This document shows positions 21,337 through 31,593 of a stretch of 64,000 nt of DNA, one piece after another. The first letter of the stretch is position 1. Each line of letters starts with the position of its first letter. The stretch spans positions 40,541 to 104,540 of the forward strand of contig OZ241878.1 of the NCBI GenBank assembly GCA_965203365.1. The letters run 5' to 3'. The stretch is from Candidatus Poriferihabitaceae bacterium (GTDB lineage: Bacteria; Pseudomonadota; Gammaproteobacteria; Arenicellales; Poriferihabitantaceae). A model generated the notes under the pieces. It searched no databases. It was not told where the DNA came from and worked only from the letters and a program-made list of their open reading frames with translations. Both the position numbers and the translations under genes were made by a program.

Positions 21337-23062
21337 TCACCGCGATACACCCTTTCTAGCCTCCATCCCTAATCCCACATTCTTCCGCATTCGCATTGCC
21401 TGTTGCCAGGGGACAAGTGCGAATTGCTTACCCTTTTGCAGGACGGCGAAGCGACCTGACGCAAGGCGGACGGAGCGGCTGATTTGAACACCAGATCGTC
21501 CAAGTTCCGATGCCGCGACATGTTCCATTCTAGTCGTCTTTGCCAACGATGACGCCGCCTCCGAAACCTCCGGCCGTGTGAGTTCGTCCAGCATTCGATG
21601 TCGGGCGATGAAGCGGCCATCCTGCTCGGTCATTAGCCCTTCCTGAACAAGCCATCGCTGACGCTGCCTGAGCGCCTGGTTTGTTTCCGCGCCGAAGCCT
21701 TTCTCGCGGAATGTTTCTGGCTGGGTCGATAGTAGCTTGCGATCCAGCTAGGTCGCGCCTTCCGCCGCTGCCAAATCGCGGAAGGGGACTTGGGATTCGA
21801 TGAACAGGCGGGCCTGTGGATTTGGTCTTTGTTGTGCGCGATCTTGCATAACAGCACCCCGCAAACTCACCACCATATCTCTGGCCGGTGGATCGAACTG
21901 GCTGAGCCTTCCGATCTCGGCATAATGCAGCTTCCCATCCGTACCATCGACAACGACATAATGCTGGTCTTGCAATTTGTTCGACATGCCCATCGCGACA
22001 ATCTTGCCGGTCACCTTCGGGCCGGGCTTGCTGGCATCAAAGACCGAATAGTCCGCCACACCGCGATCGATGCCCGCCTCCTTCAAGACCCGATGCATCG
22101 TCTTGATGATATCGCCACGCTCGCCGAGTTCCCGCGGGGTGGTTTCGGTGCGTTCGGCGATCCTCCAGACGCCGGGTTTTAACTCATCGGCCAGCCCCAT
22201 GCTTCCAGCTTGCGAAGCCGTCCCGTTCGAAGCGCATGCTGTCGCTTGTCCTTACTGGTCTTCGACGTAATCGCGAGGATGCCGCGAGGATGCCATGTTC
22301 AGCATCCCGAAGGATCGACCGATCCAGTCTCGTGAAGCGTTCTGCATCAACTTCTAAGGCGAGCTTCTTCTGGAAGCTGTCCGCGCTTTCCGGCCCGAGT
22401 TCCAGCGTCGCCAAATCGCGGGCACATTCGCGCAGACCTTGCGAGATGTAGTCCCACGCGATGACAAGATCATCACCCTTGTCGTCCGGTCCTCGGATGA
22501 CGATGTGGGCGTGCGGATGGCCGGTATTGAAGTGATCGACAGCGACCCAATCGAACTTCGTTCCAAGATCCTTTTCAGCCTGCGTCATCAGGCTTCGAAT
22601 GAAGGGTTTGAGATCGTGGAATTCGCTGCCGTCCTCAGCGGCAACAATGATGCGGAACTGGTGCGGGTCGCCTTCGCTTCTTTCGAGAAAAATCCTTGCA
22701 TCCATCTGATCCGCGTCGGGACCATACAGCTGTCCCTTCTCGCCTTCGAGCGTGACGCCGTCGCACTGAATGTATCGGAGATGTGCCTTGGCAGCTCCGA
22801 GACCACCGCGTTTGAACGATGTGAACCGTGCCTTGACGATCACCCGCCTGCGGCCCGGTTGCTTAATTTAAGAGGTCAGGACCGTGCCTGCCGAGTAGCC
22901 CCTCCCGATGCGGCTGCCGATGAAGGATGAGCGCGACGTGCTGCCTGGTCTTTGCGAAGTCTGGCGCATGGTCTTGATGACCTTGTTGAGATAGCGCTGG
23001 TTCTTCGCGCCGGGCCTTGCACGGATACGACCGAGTTTTGGATGGAAATCGTCGGATGCCAT
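21337..23062 (-). pseudogene. VirD2-like/DUF3363 relaxase, fragmented
   Basis: MASDDFHPKLGRIR start; RRVIVKARF, AHLRYIQ.DG, HQFRIIV, AVDHFNTGHPHAHIVIRG, ELGERGDIIKTMHR, LASGRFA..FALVPW; multiple stops and frameshifts. Confidence 0.88.
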
Positions 23063-23312
23063 GTAACTCCTCCTCGAAATCGTTGTTATTGAAGAGATCA
23101 GGATGCCGTTTGCCGTTGCCAAGATGGTGTCAAATTCATCGTGGCAGGATAGTGCTTTGCCGGCTCAAGGGTGTTGTCGCCATGGGCATGACACCAAAAA
23201 GATCGTGTGTTCGCGGTCGCTTGCCCCCGCTCGGTGTCACCCCTTTTATTTTGCCATAACCCCCTCAAGCGCTCTCCCAATCCCCGCCATCCCGATCCAA
23301 CTCGCATCCGCC

Positions 23313-23793
23313 TCAATCGGTCCAGACCGGGTGCGCAATTCCGGCGATTGCGCTGCGATCAACCGCCCCGAAATAACGTCCGTCAAAACTCTATGGATGA
23401 TCGGTCAGGAGGAAGATTTCGTCTGGGTTCAGTGTCTGGCAGCCGCTCCACTCGGGCAGTTTTAGACCGCGAATGTCATGCAATTGCGCGACTGAAACGG
23501 CCTCTCCGTTGATCAAAATCGTGCGCCCGAAACGGCAACGTCGTCGCCGGAAAGCGCCCGGACACGCTTCAAGGCGGGCAGGTTTTTTCGGCAGATAATC
23601 ACGCTGATCGGCTATGGTTTTGTAAGGTTCCGGTAGTTTGACCAGCACGATATTGCCGCGCTTTGGTGAGCCATTTGCGATCCAGTAGAGACCGGTCGGA
23701 ACGCTGGAAGACGCGTTCCAGACGAGCCGTTTCGGGACGATCGCGGAGTTGCCGCCAGCAATCTAGACCAACCGCACATACAAATATCCGCAT
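23313..23793 (-). pseudogene. TraF-like S26 conjugative signal peptidase, fragmented
   Basis: Fragments CRFGRTILINGEAV, KLPEWSGCQTLNPDEIFLL and (after a stop) SFDGRYFG...AHPVWTD; upstream of the relaxase as in alphaproteobacterial ICEs. Confidence 0.75.
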
Positions 23794-23820
23794 AATATTA
23801 ATTACTTACGTGATTGATTG

Positions 23821-24390
23821 CTATAATAACTCTTGATAGTCCGAGAGAATATTTGCGGATTGGGTTAAGCCAAGCTTTTCGATCCGAAGTATCAGCTCTT
23901 CAGCATCAATTGCCGGGTCTTGAAAGCGCTCGCGCATCTGGCGGAGCGCCGCGATCGCTTCGGGCCCTGCCATGTTCAGTATGTCGGCGATGAAATCGTC
24001 CAGGCCGACCGCCGTCAACTCATGTGGTTCCAGCGCGACCTTTGGGAAGTCTTCCAGGTTTTCCGTCACGATGACGGCAGCTTTCGTCTTGATAGCGCAG
24101 GCTAGGACATGCCGGTCATCCGGGTCAGGCAATTCCAGGGCATTAACGAGTCCATTGTAGTCATCTACCGATGCTTCCGGAAATGCGTTCTCCATGTTTG
24201 CTCGCTGTCGTGCAGCGGTTTCTTCGTCCGCGTACTGCTTGATGAAGAACCGCTGGAACTCATCCAGAATATCGTTCGACCAGCGCGGCCGATAGAAGCC
24301 TGCTTCAGCCAAGCTCAACAGGATGTTTCGGGACAAGCCACCAGCGATAACATTGGCGTCCAGGACTGCCGTGAAACGATCGGTGCGCAA
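23821..24390 (-). CDS. PIN-domain protein (putative toxin, PIN_3/VapC50-like)
   Basis: AVLDANV, ILDE, LPDPDDRHVLACAI, IVTENLEDFP. Confidence 0.88.
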   Translation of the reverse strand: MRTDRFTAVLDANVIAGGLSRNILLSLAEAGFYRPRWSNDILDEFQRFFIKQYADEETAARQRANMENAFPEASVDDYNGLVNALELPDPDDRHVLACAIKTKAAVIVTENLEDFPKVALEPHELTAVGLDDFIADILNMAGPEAIAALRQMRERFQDPAIDAEELILRIEKLGLTQSANILSDYQELL

Positions 24391-24392
24391 GG

Positions 24393-24857
24393 TCAGAGAT
24401 AACCTTTTTCGGCATCCAGCTTCGCCATGTCCGAAAGGGCTTCACTGCGACGCACATCCCTTTCCGCCTTGTAGGCAAACAGATCCGCGGCCTTGATGCG
24501 CCGATGCCTTCCGGTCTTAGTGAAGGGGATAGCTCCTTCTTCCAGAAGCGTTATCAGGAACGGCCTCGAAACATTAAGGTGATCAGCAGCCTGTTGTGTG
24601 GTCAGCTCCGTTCCGACCGGAATCAGCTTGAAACCTTTGCCGCTCGAAATCAATCGAAGCACCTGAAGGAAGGTGTTCGCAATCGCTGGCGACAAAGTCA
24701 CATCTGCGATCTCGCCTTTCTCAAGAGCCAATTTCAGCTGGGTCGGCTTATCCTCGGTCACGAGATTTGCCATGATCTTGCGGAGCTGGTCGGCGTTGTC
24801 GACCTCGATATCAGTCGGCATACGATCCGCAAAATTGTCATGTGCTAGCTCGGACAT
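24393..24857 (-). CDS. Excisionase-family HTH protein (putative antitoxin)
   Basis: ELTTQQAADHLNVSRPFLITLLEEGAIPFTKTGRHRRI; 2 nt from the PIN gene. Confidence 0.88.
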   Translation of the reverse strand: MSELAHDNFADRMPTDIEVDNADQLRKIMANLVTEDKPTQLKLALEKGEIADVTLSPAIANTFLQVLRLISSGKGFKLIPVGTELTTQQAADHLNVSRPFLITLLEEGAIPFTKTGRHRRIKAADLFAYKAERDVRRSEALSDMAKLDAEKGYL

Positions 24858-24925
24858 CGCGTCACTCCTTCGTCTCTCACAATGGTACCAACCTAGTTCT
24901 GATATCAATATAGGCGCTTATATCA

Positions 24926-24961
24926 TAAACGCAATAAACGAAACAATCGAAATTATCGAAA
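24926..24961. promoter_or_regulatory. Four tandem 9-bp direct repeats upstream of the HTH-PIN operon (putative operator)
   Basis: TAAACGCAA TAAACGAAA CAATCGAAA TTATCGAAA. Confidence 0.55.
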
Positions 24962-24975
24962 CGACTAACAGAAGG

Positions 24976-25330
24976 TTAGGTTGAAGCCGATTCCATCCGC
25001 ATACGCGCATCGATTTCCTTGCTCACACGATCCGCGCTCGCTCTCAAAACCTCGTCCACAAAATGCGTGTATCGGCTGGTTACCGTGCTAAGACTGTGTC
25101 CGAGCATCGCGGCAATTGTCGCATCGGAATAATTGAGTTCGGCCGCAACTGATGCATAGCTGTGCCGGAGTGTGTGCATCACGGCACCTTCAATTTCGAC
25201 GCGCTCGCAAATCTGGATCCATATCTTGCGGAGACCAGCATATGCTCCGTTACCCCTGACCGCCGGGAACAGGCATTCCGATGAACGATCACTTGGAAGC
25301 GAGTTGATCAGCGCAAAGGCAGCCGACTTG
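24976..25330 (-). pseudogene. Tyrosine integrase C-terminal remnant
   Basis: LFP, HTLRHSYAS, MLGHS, TSRYTH catalytic motifs; N-terminal part missing. Confidence 0.82.
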
Positions 25331-25706
25331 GCGCGGTGGTTGGTGAGGCCGTATTGCAGGTTAATGCCCGCGAGCGGTGCCGGGAGTTGACGCAGATATG
25401 CCGCCGGTGCGCCCACGAGGCTCGCAAGTTGGTCGAAGCTCCAATGGGTCTGCGCGACCGGCGCATCCGCGTCCGGTAGGACGAGCGCCAACTTCTCCGG
25501 ATCGTCGCGCTCTCCACCGTCCGCGTCCGGCTGCGTTCGGCGTGGCCCTTCACCGAAGCGTAGAGGTCCGAGAGGGAGAGATACTTCTCGTCGTCGGGCC
25601 GCGAAAACCATTCGGACGATACCCGCCCGTCGTGCCCGCCGCGGGACACATCTACCTTGTAGCTGCCACTCTCGGGGCGGCCGTTCATGATCTCAATCGC
25701 TGTCAT
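25331..25706 (-). pseudogene. DUF932-family protein N-terminal remnant
   Basis: YKVDVSRG..GRVSSEWFSRPDDEKYLSLSDL and THWSFDQLASLVGAPAAYLRQLPAPLAGINLQYGL; frameshifted, then joined to the integrase tail. Confidence 0.72.
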
Positions 25707-26166
25707 GGCTGATCTCCAGGACGGGTGGTCCGAGAGCCTCTCTCTCGACCTCCAAACCCGTCACGGCGATAGCCGCAGGCCTCTCACTCTGGACGCTCCG
25801 CATGACATGGCGGTTTGCTCCGTACCGGTGCGCCGCACCCCGCGTCAGGGATGGACGCCCGTCAGGGGGAAGAACCGCTTGGGCTTCCGCTTCGCCGACA
25901 GCCCGACCCGCAGGGAGACGCCCCTTTGAATCCTCATGTGATACGAAAACTCCAACAACGGCACCCAGAGTGGGAGGAAAGGTATCATTCCTGCCTTCAG
26001 ATCGACGTCGTGGTATCGATCTTCCCATCAATCGCTTCCAATTTGCGGGCTACAGACTTCCAATCAGCGGCGCTGTCCGAAGCGTACAGACAGATTTCGG
26101 ACAGGAGTGCCGCTGACCGCTCATCCGCTAATAACCTTGCCAAAGGCAGGAAATTGCACTATCCTT

Positions 26167-26205
26167 CATATTTGACGGTTAAATTATGTTTGGACGTCAG
26201 ATATG
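26167..26205. promoter_or_regulatory. Inverted repeat overlapping the hipB-like start codon (putative autoregulatory operator)
   Basis: CATATTTGACG-N17-CGTCAGATATG, 10/11 complementary. Confidence 0.55.
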
Positions 26206-26589
26206 GCGGTTAAAGTGAACTCAGTAAGCGCACATCGAGCCTTGGAGGCTCTGGGCGCAAATATCAAGACGGCGCGGCTAAAACGGCGGATCTCCGTGAA
26301 AGGCTTTGCGGAGCGGATCGGTGTGTCCGAAAGCACGGTGGCCCGGCTTGAGAAAGGTGATGATGGCGTGAGCATCGGCACGCTCACCATGGCGTGCCTC
26401 GTCCTGGGCGAGATCGACCGCATCTCGGACTTCTTGGACGCGGGCACAGATGACACCGGATTGCTGCTCGACCGGGAAAGCCTGCCCAAGCGTATTGATC
26501 GCAAGCGCACGCCGAAGTCGTCGAGCAAAAGCCAGGACAAGGCTGTCCCGATTGGCGATGGCGATGATGAGGAAGGAGTCGGTTTCTGA
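26203..26589 (+). CDS. XRE-family HTH antitoxin (HipB-like)
   Basis: LGANIKTARLKRR...FAERIGVSESTVARLEKG; TGATG coupling to hipA. Confidence 0.85.
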   Translation: MAVKVNSVSAHRALEALGANIKTARLKRRISVKGFAERIGVSESTVARLEKGDDGVSIGTLTMACLVLGEIDRISDFLDAGTDDTGLLLDRESLPKRIDRKRTPKSSSKSQDKAVPIGDGDDEEGVGF

Positions 26590-27818
26590 TGCCCGAGGCC
26601 ATCGTCGCGCTTGGCGAAGGAAAGCGGATCGTGGGACGCCTGCGCTTTGAAAGTGACGGGCGCCGCCAGCATTCGCAGTTCGAATATGATGCGGCCTGGC
26701 TCGCTGCCGAGGATCGCTTTGCGCTCGCGCCGGGACTGCCGCTGCGCGAGGGCAGTCATTTTTCATCCGGGAAGGATGACAAGCGCTTGGCGCTGTCGGG
26801 ATGTTTTGCGGATGCGGCGCCGGATTCCTGGGGACGCGCGCTGATGACCAAGGCCTTAGGCGGCGGCCTCAGCGAGTTCGATTATCTCGTCCTGTCAGAT
26901 GACCGCACCCGGCAAGGAGCGCTGCGTTTCCTTGGCGAGGACATGGAACCGCTGTCTGACCTCACGCCGCCCATTCCCCGGCTGGTGGAGCTTGAGCGCC
27001 TGCGAACGCTGGCGCAGCGCTTCGAACAGGATCCGGGCGGGGCGGAAGAGGAAGCGCGTGATCTTGCTGGTGTCGCCGGATCGCTGGGTGGTGCGCGACC
27101 GAAAGCCAATGTCGAGGGCGATGGGCATCTCTGGATTGCCAAGTTCACCTCAGCACAGGACACCAAACCGGTCGAGCGCGCCGAGGTGGCGACATTGAAG
27201 CTGGCGCGCGTGTGCGGGTTGCGCGTGGCCGATGCCCGGCTTGAGCTGCGCGACAGCGACAGTCCGATCGCGTTGATCCGTCGGTTCGACCGCCGTGGCG
27301 ACACGCGCATCCCCTATTTCTCGGCGCGCACCGCGCTGGATTGGCAGAGAGAGGACGGCGGTTTCTACACGGAGATCGCCGATGTGATTCGTCAGATTTC
27401 GAGCAAGCCGGTCGAGGATTTACATGAACTCTGGCGACGGATCGTCTTCACCATCCTCGTATCGAACAAGGACGATCATCTGAAGAACCACGGGTTCATC
27501 TATGCTGGCGGCGACCGGTGGCGGCTGTCACCGGCATTCGACATCAATCCGTCCCCTTCCCGGCATCGAGTTCTTGAGACAGGGATCATCCAAGGCGGGT
27601 CGTTCGAGGCTTCACTCGAAATTGCGCTGGAAACTTGTGAGTTTTTTGACGTCAAGTCAAAAGATGCTGAGCTGAATACACGTCAGATGGCGGAGATCGT
27701 CGCAAGCAATTGGAAGAAAGTGCTCCGTGATGAAGGTGCAACAATGGATGAAATCCGAACCTATTCCGATGCCTTTGAGCATGAGGCATCAGAGAAAGCC
27801 CTCGTATTTTCGAAATAG
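26589..27818 (+). CDS. hipA: HipA-family serine/threonine kinase toxin
   Basis: PDSWGR, GSLGGARPK, IRRFDR, VSNKDDHLKNHGF, LSPAFDINP. Confidence 0.92.
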   Translation: MPEAIVALGEGKRIVGRLRFESDGRRQHSQFEYDAAWLAAEDRFALAPGLPLREGSHFSSGKDDKRLALSGCFADAAPDSWGRALMTKALGGGLSEFDYLVLSDDRTRQGALRFLGEDMEPLSDLTPPIPRLVELERLRTLAQRFEQDPGGAEEEARDLAGVAGSLGGARPKANVEGDGHLWIAKFTSAQDTKPVERAEVATLKLARVCGLRVADARLELRDSDSPIALIRRFDRRGDTRIPYFSARTALDWQREDGGFYTEIADVIRQISSKPVEDLHELWRRIVFTILVSNKDDHLKNHGFIYAGGDRWRLSPAFDINPSPSRHRVLETGIIQGGSFEASLEIALETCEFFDVKSKDAELNTRQMAEIVASNWKKVLRDEGATMDEIRTYSDAFEHEASEKALVFSK

Positions 27819-28905
27819 AGTAATACATATATAAGAGATTTTCGGCTTTCAGGCCGCTAAACCAAAGGCCTCCCCGAGATATGTATTCAGTACACGTATA
27901 GTGAAAATCGAAACACTCCTTAGAATAAAAATAGCATCGCATCAAAGCACAGAGCTGCATCGCTCCAAGGCCTGCTTAATTAGATTAACGGCATCCTCAA
28001 TATCTTGATCGGTTGTTTGTCTACCAATGCTGAAGCGTATAGTTGAGTTTGCTTGATCACCTGAAAGGTTGATTGTGCACAACACGTGTGACGGTTCTGG
28101 GATCCCCGATGTACAAGCTGATCCAGTCGAAGCTGCGAGATGGGGTTGGAGAAATTGGAGAATTTCCGCTGCTTCGAAACCATCGAACCGAACGTTGGCA
28201 TTTCCCGGGTGGCGACGAGTGCTTTCAGGACCATTGAGGTGAACCGGCCATGGAAAGTTCTGCAATTGGTCGATAAAGTGGACTGTTCGCCTCCTGAGTT
28301 CTCCGCGCTCACAGTCAGAACTGATAGAGCTCACCAAGCTAACTGCTTCTGCCATTCCGACACAGAGTGGGACCGGAACAGTACCGGAGCGCAAGTTGCC
28401 TTGCTGACCTCCGCCATAGATGAGTGGCTCAATACGAGCCTGTAAATCACGACGAACATATAACGCACCAATACCTTTGGGCCATAAATCTTATGAGCCG
28501 AAAGGCTAAGAAGATCTACTAGGGTGGTCATGGCACTCATATCAATTGCGCACGGCGCTTGTGCGCCGTCGCAATGCAACAACGTGCCAGACGCTCGTAC
28601 AAGCTCGGAAATGGCGGCAATATCCTGAATTGTGCCGATCTTGTTATTCACCAGGGCGATGGAGACGAGCAAAACATCTTCAGAAAGCTCGTGTTCGAGC
28701 ACCGCAAGATCGATGAAACCCTGCTCATCGACCGGCAGGTACTGCACCTCATAGCCGAGTTGTTTGCTCAGGACCCGGCTCACCGCGAGGATGCATTTAT
28801 GCTCGGTTGCGGCGACGAGAACACGACAGCGTCTGCCGCCAGCCGCGCGGCGCCCGAGGCCGAGAAGGGCAAGATTGTTTGCTTCGGTAGCGCCGGATGT
28901 GAAGA

Positions 28906-30268
28906 CCCCCGTGCCACTCTGAAGTGCAACACTTGGCCCGTCGCCTGATCGCTTGAGTCAGGCGGATTGCAGTGGGCCAGGTGATGGCAGACAATCTCAG
29001 TTTGCTAATGACTGGAGAACTGTCATGCCGAATGGCTACCACCACCTGACCCACCCGGAAAGATCGCCCATTTCCGCGCTCAAGTCCACTGGTCGATCCC
29101 AGCGGCAGATGGCTGATCAGCTCGGGCGGGACGTCAGCACGATTTCCCGAGAGCTGTCCCGCCACCGCGGGCAGCGGGGGGATCGTCACCAGCAAGCCCA
29201 GGGCAAGGCGACATCCCGACGCCGGGAAGCCTCGGCTGTGCCTTGGAAGATGACCCCGGAGCGCTGGGCGGTGGTCGAGGACCAGCTGCAGGCCGGATGG
29301 AGCCCGGAACCCATCTCGGGCCGGTTTCAGCAACCAGGGGAGGTGATGGCCGGCCGGGAATGGATCGATCAGCACATCCGGGCAGACCGACAGGCGGGGG
29401 GAGACCTTGACCGGTGCCTGCGGCGCCGCGGGAAGAAGCCCAACTGGCGCGGTGGTCGACATGCGGGACGCGGTCATCTTCCCGGTCGGGTAGACATCGC
29501 CGAGCGCCCGTTGATCGTGGAGGCCAAGGGCCGGATCGGGGACTGGGAGCTTGACCTGATCATGGGGGTGAAGCACCGGGGAGCCTTGATTTCCTTGGTA
29601 GATCGGGCCTCGAAGTATCTGGTGCTGGTCTGGGTGGAAGGGAAGACCGCGGCGGCCGTGACCGAGGCCATGGTCCGGCGGATGGGGCCGATTCGGGATC
29701 GAGTGCACACTGGCACGGCGGACAACGGCAAGGAGTTCGCGGGGCACCGGGAGATTGCGGCAGCCCTCGGAGCCGACTTGGATTTTGCCACTCCTGACCA
29801 CTCCTGGGAGCGGGGCCTGAACGAGCACACCCACGGCCGGGTACGCCAGTCCTTTCCGAAGGGAACGGACTTTCGTCAGGTGACGGCATCTCAGGTCCAG
29901 GCGGTGGAAGAGCGAATCAACCGCCGGCCCCGGAAGGTGCTGGGGGTTCGAACCCCTCAAGAGGTCTTCACCGCCGTCGCCCCGCCCTGAAGGCGGTCAT
30001 TCCTCTCCCCTCCCCTGCCTTTCCAGAAGCCCGTGTTCGACGGGCAGGGCCCCGCTCGGCCAAAACCCGTCTGACACGGCCCGAGCGGGCCCTGGTGTCG
30101 TGAAATCGCCGCGGTCAGACTTCCCTGGCGGCGAGAGGGATGCCATCAATGACCGACATCAGCCCCTGGGAGGGTTGAATGGTCCGGTCGCCGCCCCGCT
30201 CCCTTCATTCGGGCTACGCCCTCATGAAGGGAGCGGGGCGAGTGTTGCACTTCAGACTGGAAGTGGGG
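28906..30268 (+). mobile_element. IS30-family insertion sequence, copy 1
   Basis: TIRs CCCCCGTGCCACTCTGAAGTGCAACACT / AGTGTTGCACTTCAGACTGGAAGTGGGG (24/28); 3-bp TSD AGA at 28903-28905 and 30269-30271, whose removal restores the desulfurase frame. Confidence 0.92.
29025..29990 (+). CDS. IS30-family transposase (open frame but many substitutions at conserved sites)
   Basis: YHHLT..ER, STISREL, GDWELDLI, TADNGKEFA, WERGLNE, INRRPRKVLG; several conserved Tyr changed to Asp/Ser/Val. Confidence 0.85.
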   Translation: MPNGYHHLTHPERSPISALKSTGRSQRQMADQLGRDVSTISRELSRHRGQRGDRHQQAQGKATSRRREASAVPWKMTPERWAVVEDQLQAGWSPEPISGRFQQPGEVMAGREWIDQHIRADRQAGGDLDRCLRRRGKKPNWRGGRHAGRGHLPGRVDIAERPLIVEAKGRIGDWELDLIMGVKHRGALISLVDRASKYLVLVWVEGKTAAAVTEAMVRRMGPIRDRVHTGTADNGKEFAGHREIAAALGADLDFATPDHSWERGLNEHTHGRVRQSFPKGTDFRQVTASQVQAVEERINRRPRKVLGVRTPQEVFTAVAPP

Positions 30269-30452
30269 AGATGATTTCGTCGCTATCCGCGCCAATCAAT
30301 TCGCCAATTGTCGCGGCCGCCGCTTCCACCGACTGCGATGATTTCCACCCAAGCACATGATCTGCAGAATGTGGGTTCCCGAACGTCTCCACGAAGAACG
30401 GCGACATTTTCGTAAATACGCGTGAATCGACTCGGAAAAGCCATTAAGCCAG

Positions 30453-30711
30453 CTCCGAAGGCAGAGGTCAGAGGTTCGAATCCTGTCGGATTCTCAAAAT
30501 ATCTCAATAAATACAATTATTTATCGATTTGACTTGTTTTTTTCGACTAGCCTTGCTGGTGTGCACGGAAGCAATACGGAAGCAGAATTTTTTCAAAGTG
30601 GTGCATTTCCGGCCAAGGCTTTAATGCTTGTTTGCAGCAGCGGTTGGTTTGAACATGCACCTCGCCGCACCTTGGAGTCGGCAAATCGAATGTCCGCTAC
30701 GCGCCTTTATG
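30453..30711 (+). repeat. Diverged ~260-bp direct repeat of 16942-17198 (tRNA 3' half plus island end with arm-type sites)
   Basis: Shared blocks CAATAAATACAA.TATTTAT, GGAAGCAATACGGAAGCAGA, AACATGCACCT, CCTTGGAGTCG in both copies. Confidence 0.88.
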
Positions 30712-31078
30712 TCAAACAGACAGCATGGCTCAGCACGGCCCCGGCACTTCTGTTCGCTCACTTTGCTCAAAGCCTGCATCCCGCGGGCAGCCGAAGGCAA
30801 AACAAGGGACCGGAGCATATGTGGAGGATCTCGGAGACGGAGAATTTTGAAGGGTGAAGCCCGTCCGCGAGGAGCAGCGAAGAGGCGGGGAAAATTCTTT
30901 GGACGAAGCGATTGCGGTCAGCCCGGCAAAGGTCTCGTCTCACCAAAGACAGGCAGGGAGAGAATGTGCCGCCTTCGAAGGGGCCGGGCTAGGCTGGCGG
31001 TTTTGTGTCCTCTGACTTAAGAGGCCGAAATCCATGCCAGCTTGAACGCGTTCAATGCAGGCGGTCTGTCAGCGCCGC

Positions 31079-31587
31079 TCATGCCATCCCGAACGAGGCC
31101 TTCAGGGCAACCAGACTCGTATAGAGCCGGAGAGGCTCGGCAGGACCGGGCGCAAAGCCATGATGCCGGTAGAAGGCGGTGGCTGTCTCTTCCATCGCTT
31201 CGACCATAAGAAAGGCCGCAGCGATCTCGGAGCGCATCGCCCGCATGGCTGCATCGGCGATCAGGGCCGACCCCAGCCTCCGCCTTTGGAACCGCCGGTC
31301 AATAGCCAGCTGTCCAAGCCGAATAGCCGGAACGACCGGATAGCGGGGCAGCTTCTTGCGGGCGGCTCGTCTAGGTCTGCAAGATGGATGTGACAGGCCG
31401 ACAGCGTGTAGAAACCGGCGACGATCCCGGTGCCCGTCTTGATTGCCAGGCAACACGTGGCGACATTGCGGTGCTGATCCTGTTCGGCTTGCTTTGCAAG
31501 ATAGGCGTCGAGTTCCACCGAGCCACTGTTAAAGCCGTCGCGATCCTGTGTGCCGAGCGGCTCAATCGTGAATGGCGGCGTTGGCAC
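31079..31587 (-). pseudogene. GNAT acetyltransferase toxin (AtaT/TacT-like), frameshifted
   Basis: DRDGFNSGSVELDAYL...VAGFYTLSA in one frame, KKLPRYPVVPAIRLGQLAIDRRFQ..LG..L...FYRHHGF in another; shift near 31365. Confidence 0.85.
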
Positions 31588-31593
31588 CGGAAG

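Larger units (their letters stand above)
27942..30436 (-). pseudogene. Cysteine desulfurase (IscS/DndA/SspA-like), frameshifted and split by IS30
   Basis: VDSRVFTKMSPFFVETFGNPHS...IGADSDEI right of the IS continues as IFTSGATEANN left of it; also HCDGAQA, SAHKIYGPK, RSGT, STGSACTSG; first ~10 codons missing next to att. Confidence 0.88.
16948..30484. mobile_element. Decayed integrative (ICE/IME-like) island at tRNA-Arg(CCG)
   Basis: 26-bp identical att core AGGCAGAGGTCAGAGGTTCGAATCCT at 16948-16973 and 30459-30484; contains relaxase, TraF, DUF932 and integrase remnants. Confidence 0.85.

Noticed and set aside
28797-29960. 387-aa minus-strand ORF across IS30
   Set aside because: Antisense to the transposase and crosses the IS boundary; stop depletion is explained by high GC
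30453-30495. Second tRNA-Arg gene
   Set aside because: Only the anticodon-loop-to-T-arm part is present; no 5' half and no acceptor stem or CCA, so it is an att repeat
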